Made by a program: the position numbers and the translations under genes. DNA of 64,000 nt, taken from NCBI RefSeq assembly GCF_000315625.1, contig NW_005434600.1, positions 294,748 through 358,747 on the forward strand. Direction: 5' to 3'. The number at the start of each line of letters is the position of its first letter. Position 1 is the stretch's first letter. Shown here piece after piece: positions 11,684 through 24,527 of the stretch. This stretch comes from Guillardia theta CCMP2712 (Eukaryota; Protista; Cryptophyta). The notes below the pieces were generated by a model. The model ran no database searches, had not been told where the DNA came from, and saw only the letters and a program-made list of their open reading frames with translations.

Positions 11684-12827
11684 TTCAGCTGGTGGCTAGC
11701 TGGAGCAGGAAGGTGGGAGGGACTGCAAGGCGAGGGGGATGAAGGGTGAAGGAGGGAGGTGAGGGGAAGATGAGTCGACGGAGCCTGGCGCACAAAAGCA
11801 TGGCAACAAGGTAGTCAAAAAAAACTGACAAGATGAAGTTCATAAATATATTCATTACGACAACAAGAGTTAGGCATGTACATGCGTTATCATTGCAACA
11901 TACAGCTTTCAAGGAAAACTTGCAGTATCTGTACATCTTTGCTCATTTGAGGTGGTCAAGGACGATTTCATTACTCCTCACACTTCGAGAATGTTGCAAC
12001 CAAATGCGTTGGACTTCCAACTACATACCTGCCCGCCTGCCGGCATCTGCCGCTGGTTCTAGCATTGTCCATCCTGTTCCCCCGGGTCTTCTGTCTCCAT
12101 CTCCCTCATCCCTCCCTCTCTGTCTCTCTCCTTCTACCATTATCTGTCCCTAGCACGTTCCGTTTCCTCCACTGCTCTTGTAGTCGTCTAGATTTCTCTG
12201 TCATCTCTCCCATCTTTTCAACTCTTGACCCCTCTCCTTCTTCCGTACCTTTCTCTGCTCATTCGCTGACCCAGCTCTCTCCCTTACACCTTTCCCCCCT
12301 ATCTCTCCTGTTCGCGTCTGCTACAATTCCCTCCTCCCTCTTCCTCCTCCCTCTCTCTCTCCCCTCCCTTCTCTCCCCTCCCCGCTCGTACACCCCTCCT
12401 CCTTCCTTCATCCTCTCTTTCCCCTTCACCCTTCCCCTCCCTCCCTCCTCCTACCCTCTCCACTTCCTTCTCTCCTCCACTTTCCTGCCATCCTCCTCCT
12501 CCTCCTCCTCCTCCTCCTCCTCCTCCTCCTTCTCCCACCCTCCTGCTCCCCCCCACTTGGTTCGGCCCTCCACCTTTCCCACGTGTTCCACCCCTACCCC
12601 CTGAGATTCCATCCTTTCTACTAACCAAGGTAGGGTACTTGAGACTCGAACAACAACACCCACCCTCCATATGAAAGAGTTTCTTGGGGGATTAGGGGGG
12701 TACTGAAGGGATACATTCCTTTTTTTTTCTTTCTTTAGTCAGGAGGCTCCCTCCTACCCTCCTGCTGCCTGGGAGGCGGGGGGGTACTTGGGGGTTTCAT
12801 AAACGGCATGGAGCACAAGGGCAGCAA

Positions 12828-12900
12828 GCTCTCATAGCGCAGTTGGTAGCGCGTCGCTCTGATAAGGCGAAGGTCATCGGTTCGAGCCCGGTTGAGAGCA
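12828..12900 (+). tRNA. trnI: tRNA-Ile, anticodon GAU
   Basis: 73-nt cloverleaf: acceptor GCTCTCA/TGAGAGC, D arm GCGC-AGTTGGTA-GCGC, anticodon arm TCGCT-CTGATAA-GGCGA (GAT at 12861-12863), T arm ATCGG-TTCGAGC-CCGGT, discriminator A. No encoded CCA. TTTT at ~12915. Confidence 0.95.
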
Positions 12901-13283
12901 CGCGGAGCTTAATCTTTTGCTCTCGTACATTTCAGTTGGAACCGGATTGAACCATCTACCCAAGTGAGTTATGTAACTTGCGGCCTTCGGGCCAGAATTC
13001 AGTTTTGTCCCTCCGTCACGGTCCGAGTTTCCACCCTCCGGCATTCGGGCCCCGGCCGGACTGTACGGTCAGCCACTCACTACCCTCAGAGATGACTCAG
13101 GCTTGGAGTGCGCTTTCAAGGGCCCGTGACTTTTCAGTCAACCCTGAGTAGCAACAAGACTTTACATATGAACACGTCCAAGACTAGCTTGCCTCCCTTG
13201 CCTCTCCCGCTTACTGTACACTCAAACAATGTGACCCCCTCCGAGTCTCGCGGCTGCCCGGCCCACCGCTCTCCTCCTCTTCC

Positions 13284-16200
13284 TCACTGACTCTCCTCAG
13301 CAGCTGCACTTTCCTCCTCCTCTGCCTTGAGCGCGTCATCCTCTCCCTCGTTCAGCAGCAGCGCGTTGCTCTCAGTCCTACCAGACAGTCAAGCAGGCAG
13401 GTCAAGTCAGCGCTAGGTACCTCTTGTGCCGGCTCTTCCTGGCCGAGGAGAGAGGAGAGGCTTCTGCTCGAGTGTCAGAGACAAGGGAAGGGCAGTCGAG
13501 TGAGGGAGAGGAGAGGAAGGGCCGAAGGGCGGAATGGGGGGGGGGGGGTGGGGGGGGAAGGCAAGAGGGGTGAAGGGGAGAGAGGACAAGGGTGAGGGAG
13601 AGAGGAGGGGTGGGGTGGAGGAGGGGAGGGACGGAGGGAGGCAGGGAGGAAGAGAGAGGAAAAGGGGGAAAACCTGGACTCAATGAAAGTCCTCGTGAGA
13701 AGGAGTTCCTTCTCGGAAGGAAACGAGCACTCCTGGAGGAGAAACTTCAGGGATGGGGCGGGAGGGGCAGGAAGGGGAGCAGGAGGAGCAGGAGGACAGG
13801 AGGAGCAGGAGGACAGGAGGAGCAGGAGGACAGGAGGAGCAGGAGAAAGAAAGGGGGGAAAGGAGGAAGGGGCACAAGGGCAGGAGCAAGGCGACACCTT
13901 GGAGACTCTGAATACTTGAGGTCGGCATCCCCAGATGCATGTGGGGACCTGAGCAGAAGGTGAGGAAAGCAAAGTGGAAGGGTGGAGGGTGAAGAGAGCC
14001 AGGGAGCAGCAGAGGGAGCGGGAGGAGAGGAGAAGTAGAGGGATGGAAGAGGAGGGGGAGAAGGAGACGAGAGATGGTGGAGGGGAAAAGGGACGGTGAA
14101 GGAGGGGGGAGGGGAACAGAGGAGGGGAACAGAGGAGGGGAACAGAGGAGGGGAACAGAGGAGGAGAAGGGAGGAAGAGAAGGGAGGGGAAGCAGGAGGA
14201 TGACTGACTTTTCTCTGTACCCCGGGATCGGGGAGGACGGGGCAGTCTTGTAGGCTCTTTCGCCATTGAACGGCTTCAGGAGGCTCTCTGCGGAGGAGAG
14301 GGACTGCGCGCTGACTGAAGCATGCAAGGAAGGGATGAGCGACTCCTGGTCAGGTCGACGAGGATGCTGAGAAGGAGGGAGGGGCAGCGGAGACGGAGGG
14401 AGAGGAAGAAGAGGGAATGAGAGGAGGAGGACGAGGACGAGGACGAGGAGGACCAGGACCGGGACCAGGACCAGGACGAGGAGGAGGAAGGGAAATTGGG
14501 AGAGAGAGGGAGGAACAAGTCAGCAACGACAACCTCAGCAGTCTCCTTCTTCTAATCTCACCTGATCCAACCTTGCTGCTTTCTTCCTTGAGCCAATCTT
14601 GATAGGAGGAGACAGAGTGTTGGCACATTCAACTCCCTCCAGCTTCTTCTCTGCCCCTTGCTGACTGTCCCCTGCACCGCCGTCAACACTTGTCCCCCCT
14701 CCCGCTGCTCCCCGACCTGACTCTCTTCCTCTGCTCTCGGTCTCGGACTTGTCCAGCTGCGCGCTGGAGCTTTCTGGATCGTCCGAGCTGAACTCCAGCC
14801 TTCTTGACCTCCCTCCTCGCTCATCTCGCCCTGTCACTCCCCATCACTTGCCCAGCAGGGGAGCATGAAGACAACCTGTCAAGTGCGGATCGCTGGAGGC
14901 CCGGACGGAGCAGTACGTCAACTTCGTTTCCTCCTCCTCTCCCTCCTGCGGGGAGGTACCCCTGCGATGTCTTGAGACGAAGAGTGAGGAGCGAGGAGGC
15001 GCGGGGGCGGAGAGAGGAAGGGAAGGGAAGGGAGGGAGGCAGGCAGGGAGGGAGGGAGGGAGGCAGGCAGGCAGGCAGGGATGGAGGCAGGCAGGCAGGC
15101 AGGGATGGAGGCAGGCAGGCAGGCAGGCAGGGAGGGAGGGAGGGAGGGAGGGAGGGAGGGAGGCAGGGATGGATGGAGGGAGGCAGGCAGGGAGAGAGGG
15201 AGGCAGGCAGGCAGGGAGGGAGGGAGGCAGGGAGGGAGGCAGGGAGGGAGGCAGGGAGGGAGGCAGGGAGGGAGGGAGGGAGGGAGGGAGGGAGGGAGGG
15301 AAACAAAGCAAAGACTCACCTCTCCTCATTCTTCTCCCCTCTTTCCTCCTCTCCGTTCTCCTGCCCCTCCTCCTCTCTCTCTCCCACATCCTCCGACTCG
15401 ACGACCACAATCGTCACCTCCCCCGCCCCCTTGCTCAGAGTGTCCGCGTGCCTCGTGTGACCGTTGAGGCAAGGGCGAGCCTCCTCCTGCCTGCTTCCTT
15501 CCTCCAACCTGCTCCATCCTCGTCAGCAGAGCGGCGAGAGGTAGCATGCGCATTACCCGTCAGAGGGGAGGACATCGATGAGGACGCACTGCTTGATCTG
15601 GCAACGGCACATGGGGCAGGGCTGGTGCCGCACGATGACCTACAAGCATAACCATGAGCACTGATTCATCCTATTCCCTCCCCGTTTCCTTGATCCCTCC
15701 CTCTTCTCTTTCTTCCTTCCTCATCCTCCTTCCCCTCCTCGTATCCTCCCATTGTTTTCTCTCTCCCCCTCTTCGTCTTCATCCTTGCTCGTTCCTTTGA
15801 ACTGGTCGAATCCGATCCATCGTCCTCAACCTCCTCACTGCAGCCCTGATCCCCAGTACACGTCTCATCCTTCCACTTTGCTTCCCCTGCCTCCTGCCTC
15901 CTGCCTCCTAGTCGTTGTCTTTCACCTGTCGAGCGCAGTCGAAGCAGCAGCATGCATGGCCGCACTCGAGGAAAACCGTCTCGCTCTTTTGCTCCCAACA
16001 GATGATGCATGGGTGACCCTCGGGAGGGGAAGCGTCCTCCAACCTCTTGGTTGGTACATACCCCTCCCTGCAGCACAGCTCCTCCTCGTCAAAGGTCTCG
16101 TTCTGAGAGGAACTTGGTCAACATAACATCTGCTCGCAAACTTGTCGTTTCATCACCTCGAAGGGCCGACGGTAGAGATCATCTCCAATCTGAATGAGGA

Positions 16201-17900
16201 TCTGAAACAACCCACCGTCGTCATTTCATGCGGCACCTCTTCTCCTGTCCTGTCCTGTCCTGTCCTGTCCTGTCCTGTCCTGTCCTGTCCTGTCCTGTCC
16301 TGTCCCCGCTCCCCGCTCCACTTCTCTGCTCTCTTGTCTTTTCGTCGTTTTGCTTATACTCATCTCATGTCTTCTCTTCTCTTCTCTTCTCTCTGCTCCT
16401 CTCCTCTCCTCTTCTCTCTTCTCGCACCTTCGGCTTCTCCCCATCAAAAGCCGTGGCAGCCTCCTCCAAGTTCTCCATCTCCGCCATTCGCTCGATCTCG
16501 TTGTTGTTGGACAACTGCGTGCCCAGTCGATTGATCTGACAAACAGTTATTACAAAGAGACGGCAGGCCATGGAAGAAGAAACAAACACAACTCCAAGAC
16601 AAAAAATCAAAACAACTGACCACTTCCTCGGAGAAGAAAACAACCCAGATCTCTATCACACAGAAATAGGCGAACATGACGATGAGCGGAGCGATGAAGG
16701 CCTGAAGCAAGTCAGCCAGACAGCTGGGGAGGCGGACGAAGGAGTCGTGGTACTGACGTATGCTGAAGAGGAATCCCCCTCCAAGTAGTTCGCCAGGTGC
16801 ACCAGTGCTATCGAGGTGCAGATCGCAGCAAAGATCGCAAACGACCAGATCGCCTGGGGAGAGGGTGAGCAAGAGCAACTGGTGGAGTCTTCCACGTACA
16901 ACGAGCAAGACGGGATGGGCGTAAGTGCGAAGGTTGACGTATCTGCCATGGTTCAACAGCTTCATGCAAGCCATGCATGGCAACAGTATGGACAACAACA
17001 GAGCCACTCCACAGAAGATTCCTGATAACAAGTTCACAGATCTCCCCACCTCCTCCTCGCGGAAGTTGGTACCTGTTGCTAGCCACACAGGCCAGAAGAC
17101 TGCCGACCAGGTCCATTCCAAGACTCCGTCAAGCTTCAAGGAGATGAAGAGAGTGCACAGGAGCTGGAGCTCTATCACCGACGATTGCTTCTTGAAGTCC
17201 CGAGCACTCATTGCATCGTTGAGATTCTTGATTGCCGTGTGCAGGATGATCAACATCACAACCAGCTGCAGCCAGACCGGAGACGCGATCACTCTGTACC
17301 ACCAGTCGATCACTCCGTCAAGTCTCAGCGAGAAGAGGATGAAGAACAGGGCTCGCAAGAGCCCGTTGCAGCAGTCGTTCTTGGCCATGATCCTCTTATA
17401 CACAACGTTCACCAGCGTCGCCCTCTCTCTCTGGGACAGCAAGATCATCGCCGGGATGATGGAGAAGATCTGCTGCACAATGAGAGGAACGAAAACGCCG
17501 AGGAACGTGATGGGATCGTTCTCGCATCTCGCGCGCCGGTAGCAAGGGTTGTCTTTCAATTTCACCAAGAGGAGGACAGAGAACGCGAGGAAGAACGGCA
17601 TCTTCAGCTGCAGCATCTTCTCGATCTTAGGGTACATCGCGTGAATATCCGGCATCATTCCAATGGGCAACCTCCCAGCAATCCACGTGGCAGCGCCAAG
17701 CTCAAAGAGTCTGCTGTTCGACGTCCAGGGCTACATGATTGCTGTTGGAGATGTTGTCTTGCTTATGAGTCCATGGGCTCTCTTGCGCATCATCGTTCAC
17801 TGGCGAGTCTCACGCATATCTGCCAGGAGGAGATGTTCAGAGATGGAGTCAACATCTACCATCGTGGGTTGACATCATGCAGGGCAGCTGAGCACTAAAG
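13284..17900 (-). CDS. TMEM185/Fragile-X-F-like multipass membrane protein with a RING-HC finger and long acidic tail (probable E3 ligase); multi-exon, ends approximate
   Basis: Repeats LRLDGVIDWWYRVIASPVW and LKLDGVLEWTWSAVFWPVW. Spliced RING CIICWEQKSETVFLECGHACCCFDC...CPMCRCQI at ~15925-16015 and ~15590-15640. Confidence 0.8.
15020..15300. repeat. (GGGA/GGCA)n intronic microsatellite
   Basis: Direct observation. Confidence 0.9.
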
Positions 17901-19316
17901 AGAATAAACCAACAAGGGCATTTAGATGTACGCAAGAAGCAGCGCGAGATGGAGAAAAGAAATGTCTGACTATCGATGGTACGAGCATCATATTCAAGTG
18001 CATGCAGAGACTTGCGTAAGCACATCACATGCATACAGGCGTGTCCAAAGAGAGACTTTGCAGAGGACAAGGAGGAACCTCTATCGACCCTTTCGCCCCC
18101 TCGTATGGGGAGGAAGGACAGGGGGGCATGAGAAACAAAGTGGGATTGAAGAGACAAGACATGATGAGAAGAATAACCATCATATCATAAATGAGGGCAT
18201 AGCCAAACTCGACCCGACCAAGAGGTCATCATTGCTCTAGGAGGGAGATGGATAGTCAGGTGCGCATTGATTGCGGAAGGCGAGTGGAAGACAAGACATG
18301 GATCATGAGGCGAAGATCAGAGCAAGAGCATGATGTGTGTCTTTTGACTTTCTCTCCACCATCGCCCCTGCATCGCGAGCTGAATGCAAACGAAAGCGCA
18401 TCAGGACATATCGACATCGCAAGCCGGGGCTGGAAAGAAGCACCAGAGGAGGTGGGGTTATCTTTCATAGGTGCATAGGGGTACTCGTTGACATGGAGGG
18501 TTGCTATGGAATAAGGGGGTAGGGGTACGAGAAAGTTGTTCTGCCAACGGGTAGGGTACGACTCGACGAAACGAAATTCCATATCAAGGGTGGGTACTTT
18601 ACTATGGGTAGGGCGGTGAATTTGGTGGGGTATGGAAATTCCATAACATCACCGGTGGTGTACGGAAAAACATTTTTGAAGAACAAATCAGGGGTGGATG
18701 TGCAAAAGGTCACTTTAGACCGGTCCTTTTCCCTCAAAAATTGTGAAGCACCGGGTCATGATAGGCAACAAAATCAATTAAAACAAGGGGTACTTGTAAA
18801 AATCTGATGGTACTACCGGTACTATTTCTATTTCTCGGATCTTCAGAAAGGTAGGGTCAGTCGAATACGACTAGTATCAAAGGGGGGTGGGTGTAATGTC
18901 TTGTGAAAGGGGGTGGTAAAACTTGAGTATGGACAAGGGTGGGGTACACCATGTGAGGCAGGGTGAAGGGGTCCAATCATCAGCTTTAACATGCTGGCAC
19001 TGACTGACAATCCGGCCTTGAACCGGCGGCGGCCCGGCGCGGCCCGGCATCGGAACTTCGGAAGCCGGGCCGGCGGGCCGGGGGAGGGCCGGGCTACACT
19101 TTAGTCACAAGTCCGACTGCCGGAGGAGAGTGACCGTACGGTGACCTGTGGCATCTCTTCAAAGGCATTTCTTCAAAGTGTTCAACCACAAACTTTCATG
19201 GCATCTCCCACTCAGTTTCAACTTGGGCCCGGACTGATATCACTTTATTGAATCAGCATGATCTAGTTAGAGCATGTTGCGGGTCTGCCTTACTCATTCT
19301 GAGCCTCCAAGGCCAT

Positions 19317-22311
19317 TCACTTGGAACTTCCGTACTTTGACTGGATGAGGGCGAACAGGGCTCGCAGGCCCATGGCCTCTCCTCCTTCCGGCCTGCCCGG
19401 CCTGGACGCCGTGTTGAAGGCCATGAAGTCCATGTGGACCCAGTCCGTTCCCGCCGTGACAAACTTCTGGAGGTAGAGAGCTGCTGTAATCGCTCCCCCG
19501 TATCCGCTCCCCTCAGCCACGTTCTTCATGTCGGCGATCCTGGAGGCAAGGGACTTGGCGTATCCCTTGAAGAGGGGTAAGCGCCATACCAGGTCGTTCT
19601 CCTTCTCGCTCAAGGAGCAGAGCTCGGACCCGAGCTCCTCGTTGTTGCAGAACACAGCTGGGACGTCTGTTCCCAGGGCCACACGTCCTGCTCCCGTCAG
19701 GGTAGCGGCGTCGATGAGCAGCTCAGGCTTCTCCTCACACGCAGCGACGAGCGCATCAGCCATCACCAGCCGGCCCTCCGCGTCGGTATTGCCGATCTCA
19801 GTCGTCATGCCGTTCCTGGCCACCAGGATGTCACCAGGGCGGAAGGAGACGGCATCCACGTTGTTTTCAGCAGCAGCGATCAGGACTCGGAGCCTCACGT
19901 TCAGTTTGAGCCGCATGATCATGTGGGCGAGGCCAAGGACAAGCGCCGAACCTCCCATGTCCTTCTTCATCTGCCGCATCCCCGACGCCGGCTTGATGTC
20001 CAGCCCTCCCGTGTCGAACGTGATGCCTTTCCCCACCAGCGTCACCTTGGGGTCACTCTCCTTCCCCCACCGCAGGTCGATCAGTCTTGGCGCGTGCTTC
20101 CCTGGGGGCGTCGCCCGTCCCACGGCATGGATCTGCGGGTAGTTCTGTCGCAGCAGGTCGTCTCCTACCACCGCCGTGACCTTCCCGCCGTACATGGACG
20201 CGAGCTTCCTCGCCGCACTCTCGAGGTCGCCGGGTGCCATGTCCTCAGCAGGAGTGCTGATGAGATCTCGGGTCAGGAAGATGGCGCTGGCTGCCGTCAG
20301 GACGTAGTCCTCGTTGCATCCTGAGGGCCACACCAGCTTCTCGAAGCCAAGCTTCTCCTCTCCCTCGCTCTCCTTCCTCTTCTTCGACTTGTACACGTCG
20401 AACTTGTAACATCCCAGCGCCCATGCCAGAGCGATCTTATCGTCCTCAACCCCGGCGGAGGAGACGATCTTGTAAGGTCCTGACCCCCTGGGCAGGGCGG
20501 AGGGGAGCCCGGCGAAGGAGAGCCATTCTCCGAAGCCATCATCGCCCACTATCACAATCACCTTCCTGCCCAAGCATTTCAGCGCCAATTGGTCCGCATC
20601 TCGTACCAACGACGTTCACTCACTCAATGGAGAGGTCGGGATTCGGGATCACGATATGCTTGCCAACGTCGGCCTCGCTCGCAGTAAACTGGACAAGGGG
20701 GAGGAGGAGGAGGAGGAGGAGGAGGAGGAGAGGGAGAGAGAGGGGGGGGGGGGGGGGGAAAAGGAGGCGTCGAGGAGGGAGTGGGGAAGGCAGCGCGACA
20801 ACCCACCTGGATAAGGGAGTGCCTCTTCTCTCTATTTTCATTCAGATTGTTGTCACGGTTGAAAGTTATCGTCCCGCTAATAGGTTAGCAATGAATCTCC
20901 GGTTTTGGGGTATCACACCGTGGACCGGCATGATCGCAGAAATGCCTCCCGGCAGTGCTCCCACTAAGGGCGCGGCGGACCCTTANNNNNNNNNNNNNNN
21001 NNNNNNNNNNNNNNNNNNNNNNNNNNNNNNNNNNNNNNNNNNNNNNNNNNNNNNNNNNNNNNNNNNNNNNNNNNNNNNNNNNNNNTAGGAGCGCTGCTAC
21101 CTAGCGCTGAAGCCCTCCTACGTGCTAGAGAGTCTGCTCATAGAAATGTACGTCTTTTGAGAGTTGTGTAACCTCTCCCAGATCATGATGTAGATCGTTT
21201 CATGAGCCATCAAGATCATGGTGTGCTCCCCAGCTTCCATCCCGAGATGAGCCAGAAGGTCGTTGGGCGCTGTTTTTACAGCATCGTGCGTTTTCCTGAC
21301 CCTCGTGGGCCAGCGCTTCCGCTACGTGATCGGCGCGCTCAAGACATCCACCCTCGTGATCGGCAATCTGTCCAAGATGCGGAGAGGTATCTCCATGCAC
21401 AACGTCACCCTATTGCCCAGCATGCTGCAGTTCCAGGTCTTATTCATGATGGAGACCCCCATCAAGATATTATTCAAGGTGAAGTGGAAGAGGGTGAAAG
21501 AGATCGGGGGGGGGGGGGAGAGGCGTCAGAGGAGCTGAACTCATGGGAAGCGACAGCAACGACCCACCTGCATAGTGCTGACCCACTTCTTCGTATTCTC
21601 ATCCTGCTCTTTGATCCAGGTTGAGAATGATTGTCCTGCTATCAAGTGAGGAATGCATCTCCTGTTATGCTCTTCTCACCCTTCACTGCGATGATTGAAA
21701 CAGCCTTTTCAGCATTCTTCACGAAGCAAGCGTCGAACCTCATGCTATCACTAACACATTTCTCACCTGCATCATGTCATTCCTGCTGTCCTGCAGTAAG
21801 CAGCAACAGGATATAGCAATGGGAACAGCATCCTTTCAGGACATAGCTATCGCAACAGGATACAGCAACATGATATAGCAATAGGATATAGCAACAGGAT
21901 ATAGCAACATGATATCGCAACACAAGCAGGTGACATGGACCTGTTCCCAAAGCAGTTGTTACCTTGAGAGTCATTCGATGACATCATGAGGCGTGCGAAG
22001 AGAGATTTCCTCGTCTGCCTCGCAGGGAAAGCTTTCCCATTCTTCTCCTCTGTCACGCTGCCGAACGTGCGCTGCTGGCGGAACAGAGGAAGGCCGAAGG
22101 CAAGCCTGTCACAGGACCGGGGAGTGGCGGATTGAACCTTCCAACCTCGCACGACGCCGGCGGGACCGGAGAAGGCCAGCAATGAGGAGGAGGAGGAGAA
22201 GGAAGAAGCCGAAGAGGATGATGCCATCAAGGGTGAGGAGGAGGAGGAGAGGATCGAGCATGAGGCCGACGCCGCCATGGAGAGCGGCAACAGAAGCGCA
22301 CAGCGTCGCAT
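19317..22311 (-). CDS. M17 leucyl aminopeptidase (PepB-like) with a probable organellar presequence; multi-exon
   Basis: VGKGITFDTGG, MKKDMGG, NTDAEGRL, DAATLTGA. Upstream exons at ~21975-22311, ~21680-21765, ~21568-21635 and ~20625-20690 read continuously (...WIKEQDENTKKWVSTMQ|FTASE...). Confidence 0.93.
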
Positions 22312-22658
22312 TGTTCCCCGACCGCTCGTGAGGGGTGGGGTGGTAGATGAAAAAGGGTGTGTACCCTCTCGGTACTAAAAAATGTCTCTGATGGGTAGGT
22401 AGTATCAGTATCAATAAGGGGTGGTGGTAGATGTTGATTGGGTAGTACAAAGAGAGGGTGGGGTAGGGTTCACCCGACTGGCTTTAAAACCAGTGCCTGT
22501 AAAAGAGGAAAAAAACAAAAAGATTCCAGATGAGCAGCACCGGGTCAGCCAGCTAACTTTTCGACTTGAGTAAAATTGTGTTACGTCTGCCCAGGTGGGG
22601 GTAGTGGAAGGTCTCTTGTAGGGTAGGGGTGGTAAGGGGAGAAGCAGCGGGGGCCGAT

Positions 22659-24348
22659 ATGGCGGAGCGGAGCAGTGGCAGGTTAACGATGACGACGAAG
22701 AAGGCGACGATGGTGATGGTGATGACGATGGCGATCATGGGTGAAGCTCTTGCGTTCAACCTTGATGCATCCAGCATGCTGCAGCACACAGGAGCGAGAA
22801 GCATGAAGAAGGGAAGGAGGGCAATGCTTGAAAAGTTGAGGGGTAGTCCCCGCCTTGGCAGTGTAAGGATGTGCCAGGATGAAGGAAGGAGTGTGGACGA
22901 GGACAGGAAGCAGGATGCCCTCAGGAAGCTTGCTGCGGTGGATTCGAAGCCATCATTGGGGAAGAAGGATGATCCTGACAAGGACGCGGATTCCTCTGTG
23001 ATCGATGGATTGATCAAGTGGTTTAAGTCGGATGAGGGGAGGGAGGAGGCGCTTCAGTGGACCATCACGTTTGTCATTGCGATATCCTTCCGTGTCTTCG
23101 TGGTCGAGCCCCGCTACATCCCCTCGCTCTCCATGTTTCCTACCTTCCATGTTGGTGAGTTGCTTGACCTGTCCTGGAAAGGGTTGTAGAGGTTGAGACA
23201 GGGAGGGGAAGGGAAAATCACACGTGTGTGGTTTCTTTACTTCTCTTCTGAATGCTTTTGTCTTTATCGATACCGTATCATGTCTTCCATGTATTCATAG
23301 CTTGACCCTGACGATTTCCTCCCTCTGCATCTCCCTCTCCCTCTCCCCTCTCTCTCCCTCTCCCTCTCCCTCTCTCGCCCCCTCCCGCTCCCTCCCCCTC
23401 TCCCTCCTCTCATACTGACATGCAGCGCAGGCGATATGCTGGCCGTCGAGAAGATCACCCACTACTTCCGCCCTTACCAGCGGGACGACGTCGTCGTGTT
23501 CCGCGCTCCTCCTGCCTTCGCCGACTACGTGGACGAGAGCAAGGCGAACGAGGATCTGATCAAGAGGATCATTGCGGTTGAGGGAGACACGATCAAGATA
23601 ACCAAGGGGAAGGTGTACATCAACGAGCAGGAGGTGAAGGAGCCTTTCATCAACGGCCCTCCCAACTACGACTTCGGCCCCGTCACTGTGCCCGCTGGCT
23701 GCGTCCTGGTGCTGGGTGAGAAGAGGGGAAGTGGAGGAAGAGGAGGAGGGGGAGGAGGAGGAGAGGGTGAGAGGAGGAGGAGGAGGAGAGGTGAGAGGAG
23801 GAGGAGGAGGAGAATGCATCGGTGGTAGCGGAGTTGTTCAAGGTCGATGCTGATTTTTCCTGCCGCAGGAGACAACAGGAACGCGAGTTTGGACTCTCAT
23901 ATCTGGGGGTTCCTTCCTAAGGTCTTCCTCCCTCTCCTCCTGTTCTTCCTCCTCCCTGACTCCCTCTCCTCCTGTTCTTCCTCCTCCCTGACTCCCTCTC
24001 CTCCCTTCGCTCCTCTCCTCTTTCCTCTCCTCCCCTCTTTCGCTCCTCTCCTCTTTCCTCTCCTCCCATCCTTCGCTCCTCTCCTCTTTCAACTCCCTTC
24101 CCTAGTTGTCTCCTGGTTCTCTTCCCATCCCCTCCTCGCTTCTTGTACATCGACGTCCACCCCTTCCTCCTCCTCCCCTGCTCTTCCCCCTTCCTGCTCT
24201 CCTTTGCCCCAATCTCCTCTCCCCTCTCCTCCTTCTCATTCTCATCCCTCAACTTTCTCATCTCATTCTGTTGGTGCAGGAGAACATCATTGGACGGGCT
24301 GTCTTCAAATATTGGCCGCTCAACAGAGTGTCTCTTGTCCAGTCATGA
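22659..24348 (+). CDS. Signal peptidase I, thylakoid processing peptidase type (S26), with bipartite plastid presequence; 4 exons
   Basis: EPRYIPSLSMFPT (catalytic Ser), DVVVF.AP, LIKRIIAVEGD (catalytic Lys), GDNRNASLDSHIWG, ENIIGRAVFKYWP. Signal peptide ends ALA-FN. Confidence 0.93.
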
Positions 24349-24527
24349 TCCTTTTGTTGTCAAAAACAATCAATCTCTCTGCTCCTCCAATACAACAACA
24401 CCACTTTCATCGTCGTCGTCGTCGTCCTCCTCCTCCTCCTCCTCATTCTCCACTTCACCTTTCTTCGTCATCCCACCATCCAACATGCAGTCTCAGCACG
24501 TTCCTCCTCCTCCTCCCTGTTCCTCCT

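Noticed and set aside
14804-15651. ORFs with GREG/PPSL repeats; likewise EERRG, APAP, poly-I and poly-L ORFs elsewhere
   Set aside because: Translations of intronic or intergenic microsatellites.
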